NCBI RefSeq assembly: GCF_000143415.4
Contig: NW_003314263.1
Location: 2,420,041-2,484,040 of the forward strand
Reading direction: 5' to 3'
From: Selaginella moellendorffii
Lineage: Eukaryota > Plantae > Lycopodiophyta
DNA: 64,000 nucleotides
A program made the translations under genes and the position numbers. Shown here in pieces: positions 38,766 to 51,722 of this stretch. Under the pieces are notes generated by a model, which saw only the letters and a list, made by a program, of their open reading frames with translations, made no database searches and had not been told where the DNA came from. How positions within the stretch are numbered: the stretch's first letter is position 1; the number at the start of each line of letters is the position of its first letter.

Positions 38766-41700
38766 TCAAGAACCCAATCGATGTCCACTGAAGGAGCAAG
38801 GTTTGAAAGTGTCGATGTGGAGATCCGGCCGTTCCACAAGCCAAGGTGGAACTTTCGTACCTTTTGGGCACCATAGGGATTCGAGCCTTGGAAATAAGCC
38901 AAGGCCGTGATTGTCTGAACTCAATTGGGGCCACACTACATCATCATGACCAAAGAGCACAAGTTCCTCCAATCCTGGAAGGGATGCAATGGATGATGGA
39001 ATATTTTCGTTCCTATCCAAGGTTACTTTTGTTAGAGCAGTCATCTGGTCTGTTGGCTCAAAGAAATCATTGGGGGAGCTGCTTAATAATAGCCTCCCTC
39101 GCGAATAATTCGACCTGTTTCACCTTCAGCTGTGATCTTTCGGTTGGCATCAAGAGTCTCCTCATGTAACCTTCTACTCTCAGTTCATCAAGGTCTTTGG
39201 GGAGTTGTGTCACAAAGAGAGGCAAATGCTCCCATGTATTATCAGGAGCCAGATAGAATCTTAACCTCTTCAGGTTTGGAAGACTTGCTGCCAAATCGTC
39301 CTTGAACTCGGACTGTGCAATGTGTAGATTTTGAAGGCCCAGAACTTCAAGGCATGGGAACAATCCATCCAGACTGAAGAACTGGATGCCACTGCAGTCT
39401 ATGTGAAGTACTTGTAGCCGTTGAAAGCCCTTTAGCCAAGACAGGTCTTTCATTGTCCCATTGTTTTCACCGTCTTGTACCCCGTCAATCGAAAAGTGCT
39501 GAAGCTGTTTGGAATTCTTAAACATTCGCTTCAAGTCAAGTTTGATAGTCGATTGCACGCTAATGTCACATAGTCTTAGATTGACAAGTTGCCACGGGCC
39601 GGTGAAATCACCAAAGTCCATGCTCTTTGCACACAACACCAGTGTCTCAATGTCCTCTAGTGCACCAAGGCTGTGCGGTATTTTTATTGTTGCATCGTGG
39701 AGGTGTAGGTCTAAATGTCTTAGCTTGTGTAGGCTTGAAATTCCACTCAGATCCACAGCTAACTCATTGGAAAGAAGCTCCACACGTTCAAGGCATGGGA
39801 ACGATCCATCCAGACTGAAGAACTGGATACCACTGTAGTCTAGGTGAAGTTCTCGTAGCCGTTGAAAGCCCTTTAGCCAAGACAGGTCTTTCATTGTCTC
39901 ATTGTTTGTGATCCTTAAAAATTGTAGCTGTGGCCATTCGAGGCTATCGGCATTGTTTTCACCGTCTTGTACCCTGTCAATGGTAAAGTCCTCAAGCTGT
40001 TTCGAATTCTTAAACATTCGCTTCCAGTCAAGTTTAATAGTCGATTCCACCGTAATGTTACATCGTCTTAGATTGACAAGTTGCCACAGGCCGGTGAAAT
40101 CGGCAAAGTCCATGCTCTTTGCCCGCAACTCCAGTGTCTCAATGTCCTCTAGTGCACCAAGGCTTTGAGGTATTTTTATTGTTGCATTGTGGAGGTTTAC
40201 CTTTAAATGTCTTAGCTTGTGTAGGCCACTCAAATCCACAGCTAACTCCTTATAGGAATGAAGGTCCAGCTCTTCCAAGTTGAATAATTGGGGCAGTAAT
40301 GCAAAGTTGAATTTTGTGATGTCATTGTATTTCAAAACCTTCAGTGATGTCAAGCTGAAGAGCCCATCTGGCAATTGAGGCACACCTGAATCTCGAAGGT
40401 CAAGCACTTGAAGGTTTCTCAGCTTGGATATGCTCTCTGGAATAAAACGGACCCAATTTCTATACAAGCTCAATACCTTGACATTTTGGATGTGATCTAT
40501 AATAAGACTGACATCCACTCTAGAATGACATCCATCGAGAAGCAAGACATCTCGCACATGAATGTCAGACAAAAGGCTCCTTGTAACATTCTTTTGAATG
40601 AATGAAACTTTAGAAAATGTTGGAGAAATCCCAGGTGGACAATCATAGCCAAACAGACATCCCTTCTCGTGCTCTTCCTGGGGTGGGTACTTCCCTTTCA
40701 AGATTCTTATGCACAGCTTGCGTACCATATCGTGCACAGTTACATACTTTTCCCGAAGTATACTAGTTGTCTTCACTAGGCATCTTCGTTCCAGTTCACT
40801 AACAATCTGCAGAGGCGAGAGTTCTGACCCAACCGCTATCCAACATTTTCTCAGATCATCAAACTCGATTCGCCGATCTTCTGGAAACGCAGCCACATAG
40901 AGAAAGCACTCTTGCAGCTTTTCATCCTTATTAAAGCGTCCCAGCTCGTCATAGCTAAACTTCAAGCGCTGGAACATCCGCTTCTCAATGTCCCCGTCAT
41001 TCAACAAATGCATCTTCTGATAGCGTTCTTTCCACACCTGTGGCCCCTCATTCCTGTAGACAGCCATGGCACTGCCAATCACTTCAAGAGCTAAAGGGAG
41101 CCCCTCACATTTGCTAGCTATTCTCTCGGCAACTTTCACAATGTCCGGATCACTAGGTAGTGAATCATAAAAGGCAAACTTCCAAAACATCTTTTTGCTC
41201 TCGGCCTCTGATAGCTCATGCACAGGAAATGCCTTTGCACCCAGCATGCTCAAAATGCCTTCCTTTCTGGTTGTTACCAGCACCCGGCTGTAAGAGGACG
41301 GCCCTGCTATAAAATCCAGTCCCTTGGCCCAGCTCATGTCCCACACATCATCCAGTATCAGCAAGACACAAATTCCACGAGCAACATTTTGTGCCAAGTG
41401 CTGCACATGCTCAAGGGTGCCTGCATTTTGGGCCCTCTCTTTCATGCCGCCCCATTCAAGAGTGTTGAGGAGCTGGGCCCTGAGATCGTCCTCCGATGCA
41501 TCTTTCTTGACAGTGATCCACACAATGTTGTCATGGAAATGCTGCCGGACCCTCTCGTCATTGTGCACGAAGCTTGCAAGGGTGGTCTTGCCACACCCTC
41601 CCATTCCCAGGAGTCCAAACCATTTCCCCGGGGCTTGTGGATCCAGGAGGGCATTCACCACCTCATCCAGCTGCTCCCCATGGCGGCCAAACATGTCGCT

Positions 41701-42245
41701 GGGCTCGGGACCACCACGCCGTACATAGTTTACGAGACCTCTGTCTTGTGGACAACTCCGTACGGAAAAGCTGGTGCTCGGCTGTATCACTCTCAACTCT
41801 TCTCGCTCGTACCTTTCAATCTGCGGGAGGAGATCGTCCTCGCAAGTGCGTACCAGCTCCGAAATCGCGCCAGATCGCTTCTCCCTGCGCGACAGATCCA
41901 TCTTTTAGCTCCATTGCTTCAAACATGAATTCGAATAAGCCTTACTGTGATCCAAGCAGCGCTTGCGCCTTCTTAGTCCATTCAGTCAGTTCAGTCAGCC
42001 ACGCCTCAGCCTCACCAGAGTAGCGGAAGTCTGGATTCCTGTGCTTGGGAGCATTAAACTTGTCAAGCGTGGCCTGGATTCTGGATGCCCTCTTCTTTAG
42101 CTCCTCAACGTGGACATTCAGCTCATGCTCGTGACCTTGGATCTGCGACAGGAGATCGTCATAGGCACTTAAGGACTTCGCGATCTCGTCACTCCGCTTG
42201 TACCTATAGGAAGTGGAGAAGTTCAACCAGCTGCCTGCTATTTCT

Positions 42246-42282
<37 letters not shown>

Positions 42283-42581
42283 ATAAAATGCTACTGTACC
42301 GACCGCTTTATGGGGCTCCAGATCCTGTTGTCGCGTGATCCCAAGAGTGCTTGTGCCTTGGTGTTCCATTCCCTGACACGCTCCAAGCATTCCTCGGCCG
42401 CTTCAGAGAACGTGAAGCCAGAATTCTGCTGCTTGTGATCGCTGAAAGCGTTGATCTTGGCCTGGATGTGGTGCGCCTTGTTCTCCAGCGTGTCAATGTT
42501 GGCATTGCAGTCCCATATCTTCTTAGCAGGGCCCAGAGCCAAGCCACACAAGGCGCCTGCCAAGGAGCCCACAACCTCCAT
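38766..42581 (-). CDS. NLR copy 2; exons 42581-42304, 42203-41946, 41884-39067; single-base insertion in the run at 39072-39076 truncates the C-terminus
   Basis: All NB-ARC motifs present, including CEGLPLAL; G5 here versus G4 in the other copies; C-terminus continues in frame 39044-38766. Confidence 0.85.
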
Positions 42582-43209
42582 GCCTGTAAACCTACAAGTA
42601 AAGGTTCCCAGAAAGAAGCGCAATATTAACTCTTGACCTTGTAGATCGGACTTTTTTCACAGCTGTGACTCACTCACTCTAAGAGATTCACAGTGAGCAC
42701 CGCAACGATCGCTACATCGCTTGAGAAACACCTCTATTTGTACAAACAGACAAACGTGGAGCACGTAAAGTCTTTGGCCTAAAACGGGCATCTTAAAGAT
42801 GCGACACGTCGTCTTTTCTCTTGTACGGCGTTGATCCAGGCGTACGGAAATAGAGGGCTCCTCTGCCTATCTTTGATGGGATCCGGGCGATCTTGTCACC
42901 GACGTCTTGAAAGATCTTAGATTCTATCCGCAATCGCCCAGTCAATGCGATCCTGGCGATGGGTGCTCCATATCATTCTATTCCCGCCCGGACGTGATCT
43001 CCAGGATTTGCGAAGAAGAAGGTCGTCGATCAGATGCGCGATGCTGGCGCGCAATTGATTGGGGCTTCCCGCTACATTTTCCCGCGCTATCGTCTCTACT
43101 TCTCCATTCTAGGGTTCTTTCTTGGAGGCGACGTAGGTTTTCTATTGCCCGCGTGGTCGAGGAGACGGCGCTGGGGGGCGGCCTTGATCGGCGTTCTGGA
43201 GCTGCACAG

Positions 43210-45218
43210 GTAATGGGGCTCGACACTCCGGGTTTTAGAAATAGGAAGAGGCTCCAGCTTAAGGCTCCGACGAGCAGTGCCAAGGCGAGGAGCCCCAGCC
43301 AGCGTTGGTAAATCGTGGACGACAGGGAGCTCTAGATCTACGGTGACAACAAAGGCCCCTACGGCAAAATGTTCCATCGGCAGTGGATCGCCAAAAACTC
43401 CCGCAAAAGCTGAGGCTTCTAGGACAGCAAAAATTGCCGAGGTGATTGTTGATAGTGGAGCAGAGGATTTAGATGATTCGGGAGTAGAAAGTGGAGCAAT
43501 CGATGGTGGGGAAGAAGAGGTAAACAAGATTAAGACTGGAGGAGGAAACGATGCCGAGGTGGAAAGAACAACAGTGGTCGAGAGCTCCATTGAGACTGTC
43601 TGGAAACATGGCGAGGCTGTTTCTAGCGCCTTAGCTGGACTTTCAATCAGAGGTAGTGCCTTGACCCACGGTAATCCCGTTAAGATGGAAGCTGGTTGTG
43701 GTTCCGTGAAAGCTGAAGCGTCGGTTTCGATCGCAGCTGGATGTGATCCTATGAAAGTAGATGGGTTGGTGAAGATGGAAGCTGGTTTTGAGTCTGCAAG
43801 AGTCGAAGCTCCGGTTGGCTCGGTGAAGATGGAACCTGGTTATGATACTGTGAAAGTTGAAACTCCATTCAGGGGTGGTAAAGCTGCCCATTTGTCTGAA
43901 GCGAAGGTGGTTCCAATAGAAAATGACACGGCTAAAGCTGCAGAGAAGCAACCAGTTGTTTTAGATGCAGAGAGGTGGTGGCTTCTCCAAGGGACTGAAG
44001 CTGCCGGGGACTCGACGTCCAGGGGATGCCGGATTCGTGTTGGCGAGTTCGTGTCCTTCAATTTTCCCAAGCCTGAAGCCGAAAGTAAGAAGAAGTTCTT
44101 TGAGCACAAGAAGGTTCGGCCGAAAGCGAGCTCCGACATTGTAAGGTTCTTGACAAAAGCTTCAGGAGAGGTACGTTTCACTTGACTTGTTTCTTCGTTT
44201 TAATTCTAACCATTTGCTCACAGATAGGACGGCTTCCAGCCGACTGGGCCAAGTGTTTGATACCTTTGGGAAGTGCAAAATGGCACCAGAGGCTCTTTCT
44301 CTTATGAGCAGCGTAGTTCTCCATTTGAGGTTGAGTTTTCTGTGTTTACCAGAGACGTTACGTATATGATGTGCTTGCAGAGTTTATATCAACAAGTCAG
44401 AAGCCTTACGAGGAGGGGGATGAGCGCGGATTGAAGCTTCTGCAAGCTATCTTGAAGCCGTTAATGCTTCGAAGAATAAAAGATTCAACTGATAAAGAAG
44501 GAAGGTAAGCTATCATGCAGGCGTTCCTGTACGAAATAGGAACTCATAACTGTACCAACAAGTAATCGGTTTCGAATAAATGTCGAGGAGCAGTGGAAGG
44601 AGTCGTCCAAAGTCGAGGCTCTGCTGCACCACCTCCAGACGTTAAGTGAGGCCGGGTCGAAAAGCGTTGATTTTAGTCAGTGGACAGCGTTTCTCGACTT
44701 GTTAGAGATACCATTGAAAAGGTATGAGCGTCTTTCCTTTTGGTGCTTTCTCTTTGTTTGTGTTTCTAACAATGCACTGCCAGGAAGACCTTCTGTTTCG
44801 TCCGCTTGGACGGAACACTATCGCAGCGTCAGCGAGAACAAGTGCTCAAAAACTTCAGCAATATTCCAGCCGTGGCCGTAAGCTTTTTGTGTTGCTTACC
44901 TCCAAGAAACCACTCTATTTTGTGGACAGGTCATGCTCTCATGCTTTTCTCATGGTACGCGCTATAGTTTTCTTTTTTAGCCATCTTCCGAGTCGAGAAT
45001 GTGGACGATCGAGCATCGGTCAGACGAAGAACGTATCGATCAAGCGATTCATCGTCAAAGTAAGCGCCACTTGAAACTCTCTTTGACGTTTCTCATGTCT
45101 CTAGAGGAGGAGAGAGTGCAACAGGTCCAAGCGAGGAAGCAGCGATTGATCGGGGGCTCTCACAGACGAAGAGGTGCGAAGCGCTCGAATCGCGGAGCTC
45201 AAAATGCTATTTAGATGA
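43210..45218 (+). pseudogene. RAD5A: RAD5A-like internally deleted copy 2
   Basis: DTPGF, HIRAN WWLLQGTEAAGDSTSRG...DIVRF, MLRRIKDSTDKEGR, HELICc; RING exons deleted near 44505. Confidence 0.9.
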
Positions 45219-45712
45219 GAAAAACTGGAGTCCTTCGCAGTTTTTTTAACTTATTATATCAGTATACATAGTTAAAGAGGGGAATATGCTTCTAGCATCG
45301 GCGCGTATATTCTTCGGATAGTTTACTGAATGAATGTGTCATAGGCTATCGATATAGGAGCTATGGCTCATTTCTAGGTTTCTTCGACAGCGAAGGAGCA
45401 GGCGATCGCGTCGCAAGCGGCGACGAGCAAGGTATGCATGCTAAGATCGCCTCGAGAAGCAGCAGCAGCGCCGGCGCCGGCGCCGCGCCGCGATTTCGCT
45501 GGCCTAGAGCCGGAGTAGCCGAGCTAGATTCATGCAAGCATATGATCTCTAGGAAATTGAGCTGAACGCTGAGGCTTTGCAGGCGATCGCGTCGATTCCT
45601 CTCGTCTCCGCGGCCGGGGCGGCTAGAAAGCCGGGGCGCATTCTAGAGTTTCGGGGTTTCTGGGGCGATCAGTCATGTAGCGGGCAGTGATTCTCTCACA
45701 GGGAGCTCAGCC

Positions 45713-47769
45713 ATGACGTGGAATCCGCCACAAGTTCCTCCCAGCTTGTCCGCCTCGACTGCCACTACTCAGGCCGAGGATGAACTGGGCGTGGATGTGT
45801 CGTCTCCCAGCGGCGATTTGCTACTCCATATTCTCAACAGCGGTGGGGGCGACGAGCAGCTGAGGAGCAGTAGCAGCTACAGGACCCAGCAGTCGCAGCT
45901 CACGGTCCCTGCCACAGCTTTGCTCCTTCTGGAGCACCTGGAGGAGGAGGAGAAGGTCCTCCTCCACGACCACTCTACGTCCCAGCAATAAGATTTGGTG
46001 GGTGGTCACCTCACTTCCAGGAGCACCAAGACCCACTTTTCCCTTCGGATCCATTCTTGACTCCGTCGGACCACTGATTTCTACGCTCGTTTGCTCCTCT
46101 TCCAGTCGAGAGACCGTTCCATCCGCCAGTGCCGTATCCTTTTCCAAATGCTCCGACTTTCCAGCCTGCTGATAATGTGGTTCATCCGCCGCATTCCTCT
46201 GGGGAGCTTAAACCTCGTCCTGGCCTTCACTTCGGGTCTCCGGTGTTTGGACCCAGCGCAGCAGAGACCTCGGACTCCAAACGCGCCCCAGAGCAGCCGA
46301 GGAGATCGGTTACACCTGCGAAGGATGACAAGCAACAATTCCACGGCAATGGTTCCGAGCTCCTTCAGTTGTTACAGGGTGGTCCTGGTCGTGTGAAGCC
46401 CAGCCTCCACAAAGGTGGATGCTACACAGGACAGTGGGGATTCTGGAGAGCCATCACAGAAAGGAAGTCCATCTGCTGTTCACGGCCCCATAGGACCGCC
46501 GAGGCGTCATGTCGTTTCTCCTCCGCAGAGTCCAAATGACCTCCTTGGACGTTTGTGGGCTGCTCTTCCGTCGTCAAGCCACACTTTGTTTGACGGAGAA
46601 AGCGAACGCAAGACGTCAGCCCGGAGCTTTGGCGTTGAAGCGAACGAGATGTCCCGGGAAGTCGATGGAGGTGGAGCTGCTGGTTTCGCACTTTTGAAGC
46701 GAAGGGGATCGGAGCCTGCCGCCTCGCACTACCTTTAAACGGCTACGACTATAACGACTCTAAGAAAATGATAAGCCGAGGACAAACTCGGCATCCGGAC
46801 GACTACAGGACTATCGTGGGAGATACGTAAATGGAGAGGCCGAATTTGAGGCCGGAGGCGATGACTTTAGAGGTGCGGGAAGGCGTCGAGGTACCGGTCG
46901 TGCAGACGCCAGACGCGGTGGTCGGGGTGCTGTTGGCCAGTGGATTGCGGTAAATGAGAGGCATAAAGATGCTGAGCCAAGTGACATCACCTCCTGCGAT
47001 ATCTCTGATGGAAGGGACGAGTCGCTTAAATCTTCAAACGGGACTTAGTCGAATGCTAGGAGAAAACATCAACAGGAATGGAGGATAAAACAGGCCGACT
47101 CAAAGGCAGCATTTCCAGCGGAGAAAAAACCGGACTACAAGGTTGCGAAGGCACGGTCTTTGGCATCTCAACTTGAACGTCCAGGCTTGCCATCGGGAAG
47201 TACGCAGAACTCTTCCGTTGGTGCGGCTTTTGAGGAGTCCAAACAGAGGCTCCATAATCTAGATGCTTTGGAAGGAGAAGGCGTGACGACCTCTCTAGAT
47301 CTCGAGGAGCTACAAATTGACGGTCACCGTCGTCAGGGTAAAGCTCCACAGTTTTACAAGGTTTGTGCTTGCTTTTTCTCTTTCTTTATTTTCATGTGTT
47401 TGTATCTCTGGTTACAGCCGAAGGAGAACCGTTTCAGGGAGTCCAGACGCGTCATTCCCATGCACAGACGTGATCTTCTTTACCGACTGGATCTGCAGAA
47501 TTTCACTTGTGAGCTTTTCTGCCTCTACGACGAGCTTATACCAACCGGAGGTCCGGAGAAGGAAGTACTTCTCGAAGCTTGAGTCCCTTTTCGAGAGGGA
47601 GATCCCGGGAACACGGCTCTTTCTTTTCGGATCTTGTGTTAATGCGTTTGGAGTTTGTAACAGTGACATCGATGTTTGCCTCTCCGTTGATGAGGAAGAA
47701 CCAAACAAGATCGAGCTTGTTGTTCAAATGGCAACTATCCTCGAGTCAGATGCCATGTTAAACGTACAG
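45713..47769 (+). pseudogene. URT1: URT1-like 5' part, copy 2 (most complete)
   Basis: ATG 45713; LESLFEREIPGTRLFLFGSCVNAFGVCNSDIDVCLSVDEEEPNKIELVVQMATILESDAMLNVQ; internal stops and frameshifts; 3' exons absent. Confidence 0.87.
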
Positions 47770-47825
47770 GAGGCATAGGACAACGTGACTCATGGTACCC
47801 GCTATAGTTTCTTATCCGAATATTT

Positions 47826-48180
47826 AACCATCCTCCGATCCAGAGAACTTTCCTTTCATTGTTCTTGGCAACAAGGTCGATGTTGACGGAGGGAACAGTA
47901 GAGTGGTGAGCTCTTTTGTTTGATCTCTCTCGCCTTACTTTAAAGCTTGTGTGTCCAGGTTTCCCACAAGAAAGCCAAGCCTGGTGTGCTTCCAAGGGAA
48001 ACATTCCATACTTTGAGGCGTCTGCCAAGGAAGACTACAATGTGGAGGCTGCGATTCAATGCATTGCCAAGAATGCCTTAACCGAGGAAGACTTGTAAGT
48101 TTTGCTTGTTTCTTCTTGTGATGTTTCAAGCTCACATTTAACTTCTGGCAGCAGCTATCTTCCAGACACGATGGACAATA
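47826..48180 (+). pseudogene. RABG3: RAB7/RABG3 3' fragment, copy 2
   Basis: [24 protein letters not shown]...[33 protein letters not shown]. Confidence 0.87.
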
Positions 48181-48382
48181 AAATACTCAAAACCACGAGA
48201 GTAAAGTAATATCCTGAGAATACGATTTGTAAGAAAAAAAGAAAATGTTTCTTCTCCTAACGCTGCTGACGCTGTGAAATCTCTGTTTTCGTTTTTTGAT
48301 GTTCTGCTTGTGATGCAAAATGGTGTAGCATTTGCGCAGATCTTCGAAAACCAATCGATGTCCACTGAAGGAGCAAGGTTTA

Positions 48383-51300
48383 TTAGGCCTCGAAGGTTAT
48401 ATGGACATCCGGCCGCTCCTCAAGCCATGGTGGAACTTTCGTACCGTTTGGGCAGCGTAGGACTTTGAGCCTGGGAAATAAGCCAAGGCCGTGATTGTCT
48501 GAACTCAATTGGGGCCACACTACATCATCATGCCCAGAGAGCTCAAGTTCCTCCAATCCTGGAAGGGATGCAATGGATGATGGAATATTTTCGATCCTAC
48601 CCAAGGTTACACCTCTTAGAGCAGTCATCTGGTCTGTTGGCTCAAAGAAATCATTGGGGAGCTGCTTAATAATAGTCTCCCTCGCGAATAATTCGACCTG
48701 TTTCACCTTCAGCTGTGATCTCTCAGTTGGCATCAAGAGTCTCCTCATGTAACCTTCTACATCCAGTTCATCAAGGTCTTTGGGGTGTTGTGTCACAAAG
48801 AGAGGCAAATGCTCCCATGTATTATCAGGAGCCAGCTTGAATGTTAAAAGCTGCAGGTTTGGAAGACTTGCTGCCAAATCGTCCTTGAACTCCGACTGTG
48901 CAATGTGTAGATTTTCAAGGCCCAGAACTTCAAGGCATGGGAACGATCCATCTAAACTGAAGAACTGGATACCACTGCAGTCTAGGTGAAGTTGTCGTAG
49001 CCGTTGAAAGCCCTTTAGCCAAGACAGGTCTTTCATTGTCTCATTGTTTGTGATGGTTAAAAATTGTAGCTGTGGCCATTCAAGGCTTTCGGCATTGTTT
49101 TCACCGTCTTGTACCCTGTCAATCGAAAAGTGCCGAAGCTGTTTGGAATTCTTAAACATTCGCTTCCAGTCAAGTTTGATAGTCGATTCCACCCTAATAT
49201 CACATCGTTTCAGATTGACAAGTTGCCATAGGCTGGTGAAATCGCCAAAGTCCATGCTCTTTGCCCACAACTCCAGTGTCTCAATGTCCTCTAGTGCACC
49301 AAGGCCGTGAGGTATTTTTATTGTTGCCTTGTGGAGGCCTAGCTCTAAATGTCTTAGCTTGTGTAGGCTTGAAATTCCACTCAAATCCACAGCTAACTCC
49401 TCAAAGGAATAAAGCTCCAGCTCTTCCAAGTTGAATAATTGGGGCACTAATCCAAAGTTGAGATTTCTGGTAGCCTTGCATTTCAAAACCTTCAGTGATG
49501 TCAAGCTGAAGAGCGCATCTGGTACAAGGCACATCTCTCGAAGGTCAAGCACTTGAAGGTTTCTCAGCTTGGATATGCTCTCTGGAATAAAACGGACCTG
49601 ATCAGAGCAGTGAAGCAAGCTCAATACCTTGACATTTTGGATGTGATCTATAATAAGACTGACATCCACACCAGAAATTTTATGACATCCATCGAGAAGC
49701 AAGACATCTCGCACATGAATGTCAGACAAAAGGCTGCTTGTAACCTTCTTTCCAATGAATGAAACTTTAGAAAATGTTGGAGAAATCCCAGGTGGACAAT
49801 CATAGCCAAACAGGCATCCCTTCTCGTGCTCTTCCTGGGGCGGGTACTTCCCTTTCAAGATTCTTATGCACAGCTTGCGTACCATATCGTGCACAGTTAC
49901 ATACTTAACCCATCGAAAATCAGTTGTCTTCACTAGGCATCTTCGTTCCAGTTCACTAACAATCTGCAGAGGCGAGAGTTCTGACCCAACCGCTATCCAA
50001 CATTTTCTCAGATCATCAAAGTTGATGTTCCAATCTTCTTGAAACGCAGCCACATAGAGAAAGCACTCTTGCAGCTTTTCATCCTTATTAAACCGTCCCA
50101 GCTCGTCATAGCTAAACTTCAAGCGCTGGAACATCCGCTTCTCAATGTCCCCGTCATTCAACAAATGCATCTTCTGATAGCGTTCTTCCCACACCTGTGG
50201 CCCCGCATTCCTGTAGACAGCCATGGCACTGCCAATCACTTCAAGAGCTAAAGGGAGCCCCTCACATTTGCTAGCTATTCTCTTGGCAACTTTCACAATG
50301 TCCGGATCACTAGGTAGTGAATCACGAAAGGCAAACTTCCAAAACATCTTTTCGCTCTCGGCCTTTGATAGCTTACACACACGAAATGTTTTTGCACCCA
50401 GCATGCTCAAAATGTCTTCCTTTCTGGTTGTTACCAGCACCCGGCTGTAAGAGGACGGCCCTGCTATAAAATCCAGTCCCTCGGCCCAGCTCATGTCCCA
50501 CACATCATCCAGTATCAGCAAGACACAAATTCCACGAGCAACATTTTGTGCCAAGGGCTGCACATGCTCAAGGGTGCCTGCATTTTGGGCCCTCTCTTTC
50601 ATGCCGCCCCATTCAAGAGCGTTGAGGAGCTGGGCCCTGAGATCATCCTCCGATGCATCTTTCTTGACAGTGATCCATACAATGTTGTCATGGAAATGCT
50701 GCCGGACCCTCTGGTCATTGTTCACGAATCTTGCAAGGGTGGTCTTGCCACACCCTCCCATTCCCAGGAGTCCAAACCATTTCCCCGGGGCTTGTGGATC
50801 CAGGAGGGCATTCACCACCTCATCCAGCTGCTCCCCATGGCGGCCAAACATGTCGTTGGCCTCGGGAACACCACGCCGTACATAGTTTACGAGACCTCTG
50901 TCTTGTGGACAACTCCGTACGGAAAAGCTGGTGCTCGGCTGTATCACTCTCAACTCTTCTCGCTCGTACCTTTCAATGTGCGGGAGGAGATCGCCCTCGC
51001 AAGTGCGTATCAGCTCCGAAATCGCGCCAGATCGCTTCTCCCTGCGCGAAAGATCCATCTTTTAGCTTCATTGCTTCAAACATGAATTCGAATAAGCCTT
51101 ACTGTGATCCAAGCAGCGCTTGCGCCTTCTCAGTCCATTCAGTCAGTTCAGTCAGCCACGCCTCAGCCTCACCAGAGTAGCGGAAATCTGGATTCCTGTC
51201 CTTGGGAGCATTAAACTTGTCAAGCGTGGCCTGGATTCTGGATGCCCTCTTCTTTAGCTCCTCAATGTGGACATTCAGCTCATGCTCGTGACCTTGGATC

Positions 51301-51722
51301 TGCGACAGGAGATCGTCGTAGGCACTTAAGGACTTCGCGATCTCGTTACTCCGCTTGTACCTATAGGAAGTGGAGAAGTTCAACCAGCTGCCTGCCATTT
51401 GTACACACACACACACACAAAAGATAAAATGCTACTGTACCGACCGCTTTATGGGGCTCCAGATCCTGTTGTGGCGTGATCCCAAGAGTGCTTGTGCCGT
51501 GGTGTTCCATTTCCTGACACGCTCCAAGCATTCCTCGGCCGCTTGAGAGAACGTGAAGCCAGAATTCTGCTGCTTGTGATCACTGAAAGCGTTGATCTTG
51601 GCCTGGATGTTGGGCGCCTGGTTCTCCAGCGTTTCAATGTTGGCATTGCAGTCCCATATCTTCTTAGCAGGGGCCAGAGCCAAGCCACACAAGACGCTTG
51701 TCAAGGAGCCCACAACCTCCAT
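48383..51722 (-). CDS. NLR copy 3, intact tandem-CC NB-ARC-LRR protein (predicted 1064 aa); exons 51722-51445, 51360-51103, 51041-48383
   Basis: Two phase-2 GT-AG introns (84 and 61 nt) join the three ORFs in frame (3195 nt); P-loop, kinase-2, GLPL, RNBS-D, VHD and LRRs all intact. Confidence 0.92.

Noticed and set aside
42907-48180. A functional RAD5-URT1-RAB7 fusion, or integrated domains of the NLR
   Set aside because: The fragments are on the strand opposite the NLR, have stops and frameshifts, and differ in deletions between units
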